Assembly (NCBI GenBank): GCA_951406725.2
Contig: OX597828.1
Coordinates: forward strand, 42,904,001-42,968,000
Source: Octopus vulgaris
Lineage: Eukaryota
DNA: 64,000 nucleotides
Direction: 5' to 3'
A model generated the notes under the pieces. It saw only the letters and a list, made by a program, of their open reading frames with translations. It was not told the DNA's origin and searched no databases. The translations under genes were made by a program, and so were the position numbers. Shown here piece by piece: positions 26,749 to 41,905 of this stretch; the first letter of the stretch is position 1, and every line of letters starts with the position of its first letter.

Positions 26749-26825
26749 GGATAATAATAACAATAATGATGATAATAATAATAATAATGATGATTATGAT
26801 GATGATGATGATGATGATAGTAAAT
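26190..26825. repeat. (AAT)n/(GTA)n/(GAT)n compound microsatellite
   Basis: Directly visible, about 630 bp. Confidence 0.95.
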
Positions 26826-26969
26826 AATGGAGATGAAGCTGAGGATAAAGAATGTCTTTAGGATTTCTTTTAAAGCCACCAAGTGTAGGTTTGTATCACT
26901 TTCAGCGATGGAGTTGCTTTGATATCCCCTCTCGTATTCTGTATTGGTGTTGGCCCGTTGTTCCACTTG

Positions 26970-27006
<37 letters not shown>

Positions 27007-27233
27007 CTTTTACTCTTCTATAGCACCGCCTTCTGTTTCATTCTTTCCTTCATCCGTTCGATATTGATAATCTCCCTTGGTATTAATTGAAGATGGCTGC
27101 AACAAACAAAAACACACGAGAAGTATAGTGAATAGGTAAATACCGAAATAGACACGAGATTCCGCCATTATACGCATGTATATAATATATATATTTATGT
27201 ATATAAATGTATTTCTATATATCAGTATCTTTC

Positions 27234-27265
<32 letters not shown>

Positions 27266-27277
27266 TGTATATATAAA

Positions 27278-27320
<43 letters not shown>

Positions 27321-27590
27321 GTTTACATACACACACAAATATATGCATATATATATTAATATATATATATATTTACATATATTTACACAATCACACATAT
27401 ATACATATACATATATATATATATATGCATATATAATCATATATATGTGTATCTATACATATATTTGAATAAATAAATATATATATATATAAACATAGAA
27501 ATATGTATATAGAAACACACGCACACACACACAGACACACACAGACACACACAGACACACACACACACATATATATATATACATATATAA

Positions 27591-27651
<61 letters not shown>

Positions 27652-27985
27652 TGCATCTGTATATATATGTAAGCACACAGAACGTACAGTCGACATCAAC
27701 ATGTGTAGGTATAAAAAAATATGTAATTGATACTAAAACGAAAGTGGGTGTATATACATATATATCTTAGATGTAGAATGTTGGAGAAAGAGAAGCGTGT
27801 GGAATACATCAGCGTTTACCAATGGCAAACCATTATTCCTATCATCGATTCTAACCAAAGTATTGAATAGGATGGACATTCTCATGATATCTCTTGGGAA
27901 AAAATCTATGTGTTTTTGTGAAATATGCGTATTAATATATATACATATATATATATATATTTATATGTATATTTATGAATATGTG

Positions 27986-28140
<155 letters not shown>

Positions 28141-28171
28141 ATATATATATATATATTTATGAATAAGCGTG

Positions 28172-28262
<91 letters not shown>

Positions 28263-28531
28263 GTATATTTAAGTGTGTATAAAGTTTATGTATGTGCCCG
28301 TGTGTATGTGTATGCATATGTATGCATGTATACGTAAGGATGGAAATATAGGTGTGTATGCATGCATGTGTACATGTATATGTGTGTGTTTGTTAGTGTG
28401 TCTACGTGGGCGGTATAAGTGCTTGCGCGTGAGTGCGCATGCGTTTGTGAAAATAGAAATGTAACATTTATGTGGGAGTAAAATGAAGACTGTTTCTCTT
28501 CAAGAAGAATGAAAAAGTTGACGTAGTAGTG

Positions 28532-28570
<39 letters not shown>

Positions 28571-28713
28571 AGAGAGAGAGAGAGATGTAGACGGAAAATC
28601 AGAGAAAAATGAAAGGAGGAAGGAGAAAGAGGGGGAAAGCGTGGTGCAGGGGAGAGAATGGAATTGAGAGAGATAGGAGAGCTGAGAAAGAGAGAGAGGG
28701 AGAGAGAGAGAGT

Positions 28714-28764
<51 letters not shown>

Positions 28765-29061
28765 CGGAAATGTGGAAGAGATTAAACTGCGAACGTACCA
28801 ACATAATGCATAGAATACACATACATACACACATACATACATACATGCATACATACAGACAGATAGATAGATAGATAGATAGGTAAATAGATAGATAAAT
28901 TATATTCACTGATTGTAAGACAAACTTGGAACCTCAGCTTAAACTAATGATTTATGTTATGTATCGATGAACAAATTCTTCAATACAACGATCTATCAAA
29001 GCACCGCCCCATTCCTCCCCCTCCCTAAATCTTCATATATATATAGATGAATATATATATA

Positions 29062-29205
<144 letters not shown>

Positions 29206-29283
29206 TTTATTATCAATCTATCTATCTATTTCTCTCTCCATTTATATATGTATGTGTATCTGTCTGTCTGTCTGTCTATCTCT

Positions 29284-29359
<76 letters not shown>

Positions 29360-29451
29360 AGATAGATCAGTCAATTGATCGATAAATAACTACATGCATA
29401 TAAGTTTGCATTTACATATGTACACATATTCATAAAACATACATACATACA

Positions 29452-29576
<125 letters not shown>

Positions 29577-30150
29577 GTACGTATACGAGTAATCTGCACG
29601 TATGTAGGTGTTCCGTTGTCGCCATATTTAATTGTTTCTTATGTGACGAGAATTTTATTCAACATATTTCATTTCGTCTTTTGATAATCGGAGAAATCTA
29701 AACGCATTCGAAATTTACTTGTGATCGTTTTACATCCAGCATAGAATACTCTGGTCTCTCATCTTCTTACATTATAGAGACCGGGGTTAAAGTTCTACCG
29801 ACTCTTGCCGGCATTTGAGTTCTATGTATGAAATAATATATTTGATAATTTTTCTTCCTCTTTCATAGTTATTTCTCAGATCTTAGGATGGCTCTCTCTT
29901 TCACTCGTGGATCTTTTGCAGTAAGTAACTGCGGCATTCATGCAGTTAACGACTTGGTTTCTCTGCTCTTTTTAGCAGAATGTCTAGTCTATTGCATGCA
30001 TTTGAAGCAGGATTCTGTTGCGTGGATTACTTCCTCCCCGCTTTCCGCTGATCGCAAATTCAGAACTTACTGATATGGACACGGGATAATCCTTTAAATG
30101 TTGTGCATCTTATCATTACTCGTTTAAGTAAAGCATATGGAGCATATGGA

Positions 30151-30377
30151 GGCGGCGAGCTGGCAAACACTTTAGCGCGCCAGGCGAAATGCTTAGCGGT
30201 ATTTCGTCTGTCGTTACGTTCTGAGTTCAAATTCCGCTGAGGTCAACTTTCATCCTTTCGGGGTCGATAAATAAAGTACCAGTTTCGCACTGGGGGCGAT
30301 ATAATTGACTCAATCCCTTCGTCTGTCCTTGTTTGTCCCCTCTCTGTGTTTAGTCCCTTGTGGGCAGTAAAGAAATA
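30151..30377 (+). mobile_element. SINE family A monomer with short TSD (ATATGGAG)
   Basis: Full head, centre and tail; flanks CATATGGAG and TATATGGAG. Confidence 0.9.
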
Positions 30378-30662
30378 TATGGAGTTGTTATTTTGAGTTG
30401 CACGAAGATACTTGTTAAAATAATAAAGGATCTTATGTGGTTTTGTTCGGTCACCGAATCGAACTTGTTGTTATGGATGTCATCATGGAAGCAACAACAG
30501 TTAAAAATATAAATTTAAAAAACCCACTCACTTCTAGCGCTTTCAGTCGTAATAGTATTAAGGATTTCAATTTTGTGACAGAAATCGAGCAGACTGAATC
30601 GATCAGGTAGCTAGGTGTGCCAGTCGAGCAGAAGCCAAGCCAATTTGTGCCGTGGTTGTATG

Positions 30663-30740
30663 TACAATAATCCTTCGACGATCGCGTGTGTTACGTTCCA
30701 AAGCTCCACTGCGATAGGTGAAATTCCGCAAGGTACTGTA

Positions 30741-30745
<5 letters not shown>
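30663..30745. mobile_element. Tigger/pogo-like MITE fragment
   Basis: TACAATAATCCTTCGACGATCGCG...GTTACGTTCCAA...GCGATAGGTGAAATTCCGC, homologous (reverse complement) to 33800-33879. Confidence 0.55.
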
Positions 30746-30776
<31 letters not shown>

Positions 30777-30782
<6 letters not shown>

Positions 30783-31081
30783 ATCACGTGACCGACCAGG
30801 CTATCAGATGTTGCTACACATCGCTGTCACAATGCGCTTCGCATTGTTTTAGCCTTCAAATGACGCCACCCCGCTGGCTAAGCGAGCAGGCCAACAGAAG
30901 AAAGAGTGAGAGAAAGTTGTGGCGAAAGAGTACAGCAGGGATCGCCGCCACCCCCTGCCAAAGCCTCGTGGAGCTTTAGGTGTTTTCGCTCAATAAACAC
31001 TCACAACGCCTGGTTTGGGAATCGAAACCGCGATCCTACAACCGTGAGTCCGCTGGCCTAACCACTGGGCAATCGCGCCTC

Positions 31082-31084
<3 letters not shown>
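30777..31084 (-). mobile_element. SINE family C with an alternative 3' tail
   Basis: Head and centre match 9390-9571; the 3' ~120 nt are unrelated to that copy. Confidence 0.85.
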
Positions 31085-31140
<56 letters not shown>

Positions 31141-31473
31141 ATGCAAGAGTTACGGAATGGAGTATATAAGATCTGGGCAACATATTTATCATAGCGGGCA
31201 GAAACTCCTTCAGCTTATCATTCATTGATACGAAAAACTTCACAACCTTCCGTCTCAATAAACCATTATTGTCCTTGAAAGTTGTTTTTTATATTTACTA
31301 CGGATTGCTTGAAACTAACTGTCTTCCTACACCACGATCTTTGGATCTTTCATCTGTATATATATATATTGGTAAAAACGGTAAGATGACAAACGAAAGA
31401 AAGAGATCTCAATATTATGTAAATAGAAGAAAGTTATCTGTAAATGTAATATGTGACAATTTTTTGTTAGCCA

Positions 31474-31536
31474 TGATAAAACTCTGAGTTTCGGATGCCG
31501 AGGTGGAAATCCACAACACCGTCTCTTCGGTTATCA
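31474..31536 (-). ncRNA. Type I hammerhead ribozyme motif (Penelope-like, U4C core)
   Basis: Minus strand: stem I TGATAA/TTATCA, core CCGAAGA, extended stem II, GAAA, stem III ACTC-A-GAGT, triplet GUU. Confidence 0.65.
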
Positions 31537-31590
31537 ATTATTGAATAATTGTCACATATTATTCTACAGATATATATATATATATATATA

Positions 31591-31808
31591 CGAGGTGGGA
31601 CTGAAAAGTTCCTGGCTTTGGGTAATAGAAAATACAGAAAGAACAGTTAATTATGATTTTATTCAGCATATTCCCCTCCCAGATTCACATACTTATTTGT
31701 CATGGTTCTTCAGTTTTTCTAAGACCTGTAAAGGAACTCTGAAGGTTGGGCCTCCAACCAGGTTTTTCATGACACTCTTAAAGCCATGAACTTTTCAGCA
31801 CACCCTCG
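31591..31808. mobile_element. Mariner-derived MITE
   Basis: TIRs CGAGGTGGGACTGAAAAGTTCCTGGCTTT and AAAGCCATGAACTTTTCAGCACACCCTCG, preceded by TA. Confidence 0.85.
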
Positions 31809-32495
31809 TGTGTATGTGCGTACGTATGTATGTATGTACGTACGTATGTATGTACGTACGTATGTATGTATGTATGTGTGTATGTATGTATGTATGTATG
31901 TATGTATGTATGTGTGAATGTATGTATGTACGTACGTATGTATGTATGTATGTATGTATGTATGTATGTATGTATGTATGTATGCATGCATGTATGTATG
32001 TATGTATGTATGCATGCATGAATGTATGTATGTATGTATGTATGTATGTATGTATGTATGTATGTATGTATGTATGTATGTATGTATGTGTGATTGAACG
32101 AGGCAGTATTTCAATGCGAGCCTGTATGGTATTTTTGGCGTTAACGGAACACTACGGAGAAGAATTCTGATAAACGAAGAACTAAAGAATTTCATGTCGA
32201 ATTCGGTGAAAGTGAATACGATTAAATGGAAGAAATAAGTCGAATGCAATGGTATGTGAAGTAGAAAAGTTGGATATAAAACAGAAAATAGAGAAGTAGG
32301 TCATCCGTCTCGAACGGAACAATTCTGATGTGTCACCGTAAGGAAGTCCGAAGCCTATTAACACAAGACGTTTCGACACTTGAGTAGGTTTAGAGTTACG
32401 GTTCTTGTTGACGTCATCATTCATTACTGACGGTCACAAATACGCACATACGATAAAATATATATATATATATACACGTACAACTCTTATAAGCT

Positions 32496-32556
<61 letters not shown>

Positions 32557-32720
32557 CACACACTCACACATATATAGAAAGAGTGGGAGAGAGAGGTTAC
32601 CTCACTTTCTCTTTCTCTCTCACTCATGAAGCACATAAATGGATTTAGTTGCTCGTACATAAGTAGAATTTATATAGGAATGCGTGTGCGTATGAGAGTA
32701 TGTATTTCGACCAACTACAA

Positions 32721-33154
<434 letters not shown>

Positions 33155-33336
33155 ATCTATCTATCTATCGATCTATCTATCCGTCCCTCTCTCTCTCTCT
33201 ATCTATCTATCTATTTATCCCTCCGCCTCTCTGCCTCTTGAATGTGTGTGTATGTGTGTGTGCGTGTGTACTTACATATATGAAATATTTAAAATACTAT
33301 TTGTGTGTCAACGCTTCAGTATGTGTGTGTGTAGTC

Positions 33337-33665
33337 CCCGCATGGCTGAATGACTAAAAGGTTCGCTTTGTAGCCACAAGTTCCCAGGTTCGATATTACT
33401 TCGTGGCATTCTGGTTTACTGTAGTTTCTATAGCCACAGTTTGACCCATAACTTTCGCGAAAAACTGCGTGGACAGAAAATGTGACGATGACCATCAGGA
33501 TGACTGTACCAGTAATTCGATAGGTGCCTTCTTGTCATACACACTGAAATCCTTCTAATTTTGCCTGAGAATCACATTAACGGTACACATGTCTGTGGAA
33601 TAGTCAGCCACTTTATACCACAGTTCAAGAGCAGGTAATTCAGGTTGTTGAGCGAACAAACGACG
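33337..33665 (+). mobile_element. Old chimeric SINE (B-like head, C-like tail)
   Basis: CATGGCTGAATGACTAAAAGGTTCGCT...GGTTCGAT head, then TTAACGGTACACATGTCTGTGGAATAGTCAGCCACTT, which matches the tail of 9185-9571. Confidence 0.5.
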
Positions 33666-33670
33666 GTACA

Positions 33671-33879
33671 CGGTAATCACTCGTCATATCGCGGTTTATT
33701 AATTCAACTTACGTCGATTCCTCCATTGTATTGTTTCGCATTTATAATAAAATAAATATATACAAATTATAAGAATAAAAACAAATATACAGTACCGTAC
33801 TGTTTCTACTTTGCGGATTTTCACCTATCGCGGGGTTTTTGGGAACGTAATACCCGCGATAGTCGAGGGATCACTGTAT
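33671..33879. mobile_element. Tigger/pogo-like MITE
   Basis: Degenerate TIRs CGGTAATCACTCGTCATATCGCGG and CCGCGATAGTCGAGGGATCACTG-TA. Confidence 0.65.
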
Positions 33880-33923
33880 ATATATATATATATATATACT
33901 TCATTTAAAAGCAGCAGAAATTC

Positions 33924-33976
33924 AACAAAACCTGTTGCTCGGAGTTTCACGTTCCCGTTCGTCGGACAGTTTTGTT
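33924..33976 (-). ncRNA. Type I hammerhead motif in a Penelope-like repeat (U4C core, cleavage triplet mutated to GCA)
   Basis: Minus strand: AACAAAACTGT CCGACGA ACG-GGAA-CGT GAAA CTC-C-GAGC A ACAGGTTTTGTT. Confidence 0.6.
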
Positions 33977-34067
33977 AATATATATATATATATATATGGA
34001 ATAATTTCGTTTGGGGAACGGCGAATCTCGAAGGACATGAAGCTGTAATCAATAACATGTTAATATT

Positions 34068-34481
34068 TATTTCTTTGTTGTGCACAGGGAGCTAAACATA
34101 GAGGGGACAAACAAGGACAAACAAAGGGATTAAGTCGATTACATCGACCCCAGCGTGTAACTAGTACTTATTTAATCGACCCCGAAAGGATGAAAAGCAA
34201 AGTTGACATCGGCGGAATTTGAACTCAGAACGTAGTGGCAGACGAAATACCTATTTCTTTACTACCCACAAGGAGCCTAATACCGAGAGGACAAACAAGG
34301 ACAGACAAACGGATTAATCGATTATATCGACCCCAGTGCGTAACTGGTACTTATTTAATCGACCCCGAAAGGGTGAAAGGCAAAGTCGACCTCGGTGGAA
34401 TGTGAACTCAGAACGTAACGGCAGTCGAAATACGTCTACGCATTTCACCCGGCGCGCTAAAGTTTCTGCCAGCTCGCCGCC
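34068..34481 (-). mobile_element. SINE family A dimer
   Basis: Two tandem units joined at GAAATA|GGTATTTCG (minus strand, about 34251). Confidence 0.92.
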
Positions 34482-34835
34482 CTAAATATAGGGTTGGAAA
34501 AGACTTTGGACAGAAAAAGTCAAAAGCTGCACTTGGGACTGGAACCCACTCCACCTGTAAACGTGTCAGGCGTTATGCCATTCGTCCAAAGCAACATTTC
34601 GAATTTTTCTATCCGTTTTAGAAAGAGTGAGAATTGTATAATTTTGACGTCTCAAGAAGACTTTACGCGGCTCAGCATTCTTTGGTTGCTCTTGATTATT
34701 CGACTACGGCCATGCTGGTGCAAGGTTTTCAAGCATTTAGTGGACGATGTATTAGTCTGATGTATATTTTGCAACTTTTCCATCAGAAAGTTTAGTCATG
34801 GCCTTTAAGGATACTCAGCATATAAATACCGGTCA

Positions 34836-34932
<97 letters not shown>

Positions 34933-34965
34933 CATCCATCCATCCATCCATCCATCCATCCATCC

Positions 34966-35023
<58 letters not shown>

Positions 35024-35064
35024 ATATATATATAAATATATACACACACATATATATGTATACA

Positions 35065-35445
35065 ATATGCTTTATCATTAACGCTGCAAAAACATCAGAA
35101 AAAGTGTTACTCAGAGTTTCACGTTCCAGTTCGTCGGACGATGATGTGGAACGTGAAACTCTGAGTAACAATATTTTGTGATATTTTTGCAGCTTTCATA
35201 ATAAAGCATATTACTCTACCTCCGACATTCGAGTACTATCTTTTTTCCGCCTTGCTTAAAATATAATATATAATATATAATATATATATATACCGGAGTA
35301 AATACATAAATGTGAAACAAGGTGGAAAAAAGCGTACTCAAATACCAGTGGTAGAGTAATATGCTTTATTTAAAGCAGCAGAAAATTCAACAAAACCTGT
35401 TACTCTGAGTTTTCCGTTGCCGTTCAACGGACAGTTTTTGCTAGA
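35065..35445. mobile_element. Chain of alternately inverted Penelope-like terminal repeats with hammerhead motifs
   Basis: Fold-back at 35065-35212 with perfect 24-bp arms TGTTACTCAGAGTTTCACGTTCCA and TGGAACGTGAAACTCTGAGTAACA; a third copy at 35290-35445. Same family as 33900-33976. Confidence 0.7.
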
Positions 35446-35462
35446 ATGGAACCGATATGTCG

Positions 35463-35525
<63 letters not shown>

Positions 35526-35853
35526 AGATATAGATATAGATATAGATATATATGTACACACACATGCATTCACAGACAACATACACATATACATTATATA
35601 TACTTATAAGCGTGTATGTATGTGTGGGTGGAGAGTGAGAGGAAGAGAAGTAGAGAAGGATTAAGATTAACTGGTATTTATACTTCAACATGTACTCATA
35701 TACCCTCTTCTAAGTGTGTGTGCGCATATATATATATATATATATGTATATATTCACTCACGTATATGTAAATATATATATACGTACATATCCGAACATA
35801 CATATACTTACACACACACACGCATATATATAAGTATGACCACATATGTGTTT

Positions 35854-35892
<39 letters not shown>

Positions 35893-35900
35893 TGTGTATG

Positions 35901-35937
<37 letters not shown>

Positions 35938-36157
35938 ATTCTTATCCCCTTTCCATCTGAAACGGATTCCCTTGAGAAAGACTGAACACCCTATTACTTT
36001 GTCGTGGTGTATCCGAGGCGTCACGTGGATTTAAATAATAGTGTGTTTAATTTTTTATATCCTATATAATTTCATGCTTGCTGAGTGGTTAAATATTAAT
36101 TTTCTTCACTCAACGTGTATTTGTATAGGGCATCGCTGAATAATGATAATAATAATG

Positions 36158-36224
<67 letters not shown>

Positions 36225-36309
36225 TAACAACAACAACAATAATGGTGGAAGATATATATATGTCCATTATAATATATAAATATATATATACATATATATA
36301 AATACATAC

Positions 36310-36340
<31 letters not shown>

Positions 36341-36347
36341 CATACAC

Positions 36348-36386
<39 letters not shown>

Positions 36387-36442
36387 CATATATATGTATT
36401 CATATTTATGTATATGTATATATGCGCGTGTGTGTATCAGAA

Positions 36443-36498
<56 letters not shown>

Positions 36499-36567
36499 AT
36501 AATAATAATAATAATAATAATCAGCATCATCATAGTCATAAAATAATGGACTATATATATATACGTG

Positions 36568-36600
<33 letters not shown>

Positions 36601-36756
36601 TGTGAAAGGAATTTTTCAAACAAATACATATTATGGTTGTATGAAATTGTAAAATAAATTTTGTGGATGAACGAGTCACCATACTTATTTTCGTTAATAA
36701 TAACAACAACAACAATACACACACACACACGCGCGCAGAAACACATTTATTGATAT

Positions 36757-37011
36757 TGTTACGAACTCGTAGGATATTGAATTATTCAGTGAACTATTTA
36801 ATTTCCGTTCCTTCTAGATACTGCGTTCGATCCCTTCCAATGTCGATATTCGTCTTGCTTTCATACTTTAAATGCGCCGTGCGTGCTGACGGTGAGGTGC
36901 ATTAGCCCGCCCCCGTCGGTTAGCCGTGTCTGCGTTCGAGGAGCACCAGGACCAGTTGACAGAAGCGCGTAGATCCCACCGCTGGCTGACCGCCAACAGC
37001 GGGGCGCAACC
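36757..37011 (-). mobile_element. Possible solo LTR
   Basis: About 255-bp segment with near-inverted ends TGTTACG...CGCAAC. Minus strand carries a GC box (GGGGCGGG), TTTAAA and ATTAAA in LTR-like order. No clear TSD. Confidence 0.35.
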
Positions 37012-37015
37012 CTGC

Positions 37016-38235
37016 GAACTAGCAGACTCGTTAGCACGTCAGATAAAAATGCTTAGGGGTATATCTTCCAGCGTTACGTTCTAAGTTCAAATTCCGCCGA
37101 GTTTGACTTTACCTTTCGTTCTTTCGGGGTCGATAAAATAAGTACTAATTGAGCTCTATCGTGAATGCTATCTACTGGCTGCTCCTAAAATTTCAAACAT
37201 TATACCTATACGTAGAATGGATTATTGCGCAGTCATATCAACAAATTGGCACCTTTTTACATTCTATTTGTTTCAGTCATTAGATTTTTTAAATTTTCTT
37301 TACTACCCACAAGGAGCTAAACACAGAGGGGACAAACAAGGACAGACAAATGGATTAAGTCGATTACATCGACCCCAGTGCGTAACTGGTACTTAATTAA
37401 TCGACTCCGAAAGGATGAAAGGCAAGGTCGACCTCGGCAGAATTTGAACTCAGAACGTAACGGCAGACGAAATACGGCTATGCATTTCGCCCTGCGTGCT
37501 AACGATTCTGCTCGGGGCCTTGAAGAATTTTTTGGTCGAATGAATCCACGCCAGTAATTAATTGTAAGCTTAGTACTTATTCTAATCGTTCTCTTTTGCA
37601 GACCCGTAAATTTACGGGGCTGCAAACACATCAGCACCGGTTGTCAAACTGTGCTAGAGAGACACCCACAGACAGAAACACACACACATGCGCGCACATT
37701 CATATACAACGGGCTTCTTTCAGTTTCTGACCATCAAAACGTCTCACGAGGCTTTGATTGGACTGAACTTTGATTGGCTGGGAAGCAAGTTTCTTATTTC
37801 TTTATTGTCCACAGGGGGCTAAACATAGAGAAGACAAACAAGGACAGACAAAGGGGTTAAGTTGATTACATCTACCCAAGTGCGTAACTGATACTTATTT
37901 AATCGACCCCGAAAGGATGAAAGGCAAAGTCGACCTTGGCGGAATTTGAACGTAACGGCAGACGAAATACCTATTTCTTTATTACCCACAAGGGGCTAAA
38001 CATAGAGGGGACAAACAAGGACAGAAATAGGTATTAAGTCGATTACATCGACCCAAGTGCGTAACTGGTACTTAATTTATCGACCCCGAAGTGATGAAAG
38101 CCAAAGTCGACCTTGGCGGAATATGAACTCGGAACGTAACGGCCGACGAAATACCACTAAGCATTTCGCCCGGCGTGCTAACGTTTCTGCCAGCTCACCT
38201 GTGTGGTAAGCTTCTTACCACACAGCCACACCTGT
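37016..38235. mobile_element. Nested SINE cluster: old family B (-) interrupted by A monomer (37295-37510) and A dimer (37791-38199), preceded by A (+) 37016-37225
   Basis: B tail TTTCAGTCATT at about 37271, B body 37515-37790, B head CTTACCACACAGCCACACCTG at about 38214-38235. Confidence 0.8.
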
Positions 38236-38539
38236 ACCTACACCTACACAAACACACACGTACACACACACATATAAATATAGAAAGGTGGTTACAATAG
38301 TGCACCAATATTTACTGGAAATAGCAGTCGATAATATACGACACTATTGTAAAGCTTCACTGTCTGCATACTGGCAAAAATGTGTGCGGGTGGCAAACAT
38401 TAAAGATGTCATTTTACCTGTAAGAAGAACATGAGGTAAATGTACCGCCCAGGTGTAGATAATCTAGGCGCTAGGTTTCAAACTGTTGAAAATACGTATG
38501 TTAATGTAAATTTGATTAGCTCTCCTCGGCTGCATTCAC

Positions 38540-39170
38540 CAAGACAAAATTTCAAATGTTGCTACATCAATGCCAGTATACTCGGCTGAATGCAAGCCGT
38601 TAACAGTACCGAGAACATTAAAAAAAATGGAACAAGACCGCAATAGCGGACAATAGAACATCCAAACAGATAGACGATGCGAAGATGGACAGGAAAAACA
38701 ATATAAAGACTGACAGGAATAAACACAAAGACGGGTCATTCGCAGACACCTCTCATCAGTGAAGTTACCAAATTATCCTTACAGTTTCGGGCAGTTACAC
38801 TTGAGACTGTTCAAATGTGGCTGCACCCATAAATCTAAGCTAAGAGCATTAAATTTTTTGGGGAGACAACAAGTGAATGTGTACAACAAAGACAAAAAAC
38901 GGAGAACATGTTACAGAATTACGAATACAAATGACAAGAAAAATAAGGAGAGGTGTCTTTCGACTAATACAGACGAATCAAGTTGATCTCTCTCTCTTTT
39001 CCTTCCATGGGACCGGTGTTCGGCCAAGCATGTTCTTTCTTTCTTCGCTCGACTGCCGGCCGCGAAGCATCTCTTATAATCCTGTCTTTTGACTGTCATC
39101 TCTTATGTTCATCTCCTATATTCTTGCCTCAAGGCTTTCACTCTACACACGCCAGCTCAACTTGATTCGC
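38540..39170. mobile_element. Decayed Penelope-like terminal-repeat fragments
   Basis: AC-rich ACAAAGAC/GGAGAACATG style shared with the 50180-50365 and 57860-57990 repeats. Minus strand carries GCCCGAAACTGTA and CTGATGAG hammerhead remnants at 38750-38830. Confidence 0.4.
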
Positions 39171-39239
39171 CTCTATTAGTCGATCTGTCACTTGTGCTCT
39201 TGACAAGAGATGCCAGTTAGTCCTTTGCACATAACAGGC

Positions 39240-39706
39240 TCGTTCGTATTAGCCCGAGTTCCTGGATAATTTTTCGTTCATTTAACAATATTGTAGAACG
39301 GAGACATTTCATAGATTGGATTTTAAATCCTAATCTCTATACAAATTTATTATTTCAAGAAAACATTGAATTTGAATTACTTCTAATTTTTACGATTATA
39401 GATAACAACTCGGGCTGTAACTTCTGAGCCCGAGTTAGGCGCGTGTGAACGATGTCGAGAGAACGTCTGCTACGAATGTTATATTTTGATACAGGGCATC
39501 TCTAAGACGACGGCCAGACGCTGAACGAAAATAAACGAACTGCAACCAAGCTTAATAAAAAGAGCCCGAGTTATTGGCTGCAGTTACACACCTGAAGTCA
39601 GTGTTGGCAGAAATTAAATCAGCTTGTACTTACACGTTCTTTACTAAATATATGTTCGGGCTAAGCCCGAACAGCCCGATCAGCCCGAATACTGGAGTCG
39701 CCACTG
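39240..39706. mobile_element. hAT-like transposon end with repeated AGCCCG subterminal motifs
   Basis: At least 7 AGCCCG/CGGGCT motifs, ending in GGAGTCGCCACTG (CAGTGGCG-type TIR). Confidence 0.55.
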
Positions 39707-40276
39707 ATATGTATATATATATGTGTATATGTATGTATGGAATATGGACAGAAATCTGTGTGGTTGTGTGTACTTGTATGTCTGTGTGTGTGTGTGTGTG
39801 TGTGTGTGATGTTCGTCTGTCGGAGTGACGATGACCACCTAATGATTAAGTTTGCGCGGTGACTTTGTTTTAAGTGAAGAAGAATTGTACACCATTAACC
39901 TCATTCTTTCATCCATGACTATCTTCAAATCAGTTGCAAGGCCGGGTCAAGACGACATAGGATGGAGACGTACAGCTGCAATGTATAATCAAGATGTCTG
40001 TATTGATTCATTTTCCTCTCTCTCGTCCAGAATGCGTACCTGCAGCCGCCTTGTCATCCGTTACATCACGAAAGTTTCCTCTGCAGAGTCCGCCGGACAT
40101 GGTCTTTTCAGGCATAGGTAGGCAAGTCCGAATATGCTAATTAATCTATAGTTTGGTCACCGATCCATTGTGGATCAGAGTAGGCCTTGAAATAACGGTA
40201 GTTAAGAGGTGGTTCCTCACTTTTCAAAACCACGGATCTTCCCAGCCAGGGCCCAACTACGATGCACACACATACA

Positions 40277-40340
<64 letters not shown>

Positions 40341-41043
40341 CGTGCAAGCGCGCTTAAGTCTGTGGGCGTGAGATGACATAATGTGCGTGATTAGACAAAA
40401 TACCTGGCTGCAGGTAGATCCATTCATGCGCGGCTGATTTTGTCGCACGACCTAGACAGGTAGGTAATATAATTACCTGATAAATTTCCGGGGTCGATAA
40501 AATCGATCTCAACCTTTTAAGGCGGTGCCCCATACTATGGAGTCGGCAACAATATAAAAGAATATATAATGATATACACACATACACACACATTCATAAA
40601 CATTTGCACATGTATACACACGGAAATATATTTCCTCGTATATAAATATACATAGATATAAATGTGTGCACTCACTTGAACATGTGCACTTGCAAATTGG
40701 AATACACCAAGGGCCACCTATATATATATATATATATATATATACATACACATATGAATATACATACACATATATGTATACATATGTATACATATATATA
40801 CATATATGTGTGTGTGTGAGAATATGTATATATATATGTGTGTGTGTGTGCATGTGTATATGTATATATATATGTTTGTATATATATATACATATATATA
40901 TATATACATATATACATATATATACACACATATATATATAAATATATATGAATATATATATAGTTGTACATACACACACACACATATACATACAGATACA
41001 GACATATATATTTCTACACACACACACATATATACACACGCAT

Positions 41044-41075
<32 letters not shown>

Positions 41076-41199
41076 GTACATAAACACAAACATATATATA
41101 CACGCATACACACATATATATATAAATATATATATATATACACACGCATACATATATATATATATATGTATTGCATGTGTGCGTGTATGTTTTGTATCA

Positions 41200-41234
<35 letters not shown>

Positions 41235-41520
41235 TGCACGTGTGTGTCCATGTCCCCAGTTAGCTTTACGCCGGTCACATTTGGTCATACTGGACACGTG
41301 CTGCAGAAAGCATGTCAGTGCTTCAGTGCTTCGTCTGTCGGATGGTGGAAAAATTGACGCACACAACACATGCATGGACACACAATACCGTATTCATGTA
41401 CACTCATACACACCTACCCACCCACCCACACACACACGCATATATATATATATGCATGTTTTCAATCACTTCTTTTCTTTTATTCACATTATTACTGTAC
41501 TCCTATACAATATAACCCAT

Positions 41521-41640
41521 CATTCATTATTATTATTATTATTATCATTATTATTATCATTATTATTATTATTATTATTATCATTATTATTATTATTATT
41601 ATTATCATTATTATTATCATTATTATTATCATTATTATTA

Positions 41641-41675
<35 letters not shown>

Positions 41676-41690
41676 ATTATTATTATTATT

Positions 41691-41773
<83 letters not shown>

Positions 41774-41800
41774 TATTATTATTATTATTATTATCATTGA
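41521..41800. repeat. (ATT)n/(ATC)n microsatellite
   Basis: Directly visible. Confidence 0.95.
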
Positions 41801-41801
41801 G

Positions 41802-41872
<71 letters not shown>

Positions 41873-41905
41873 CTATCTATCTATCTATCTACCGATCTAT
41901 CTATT

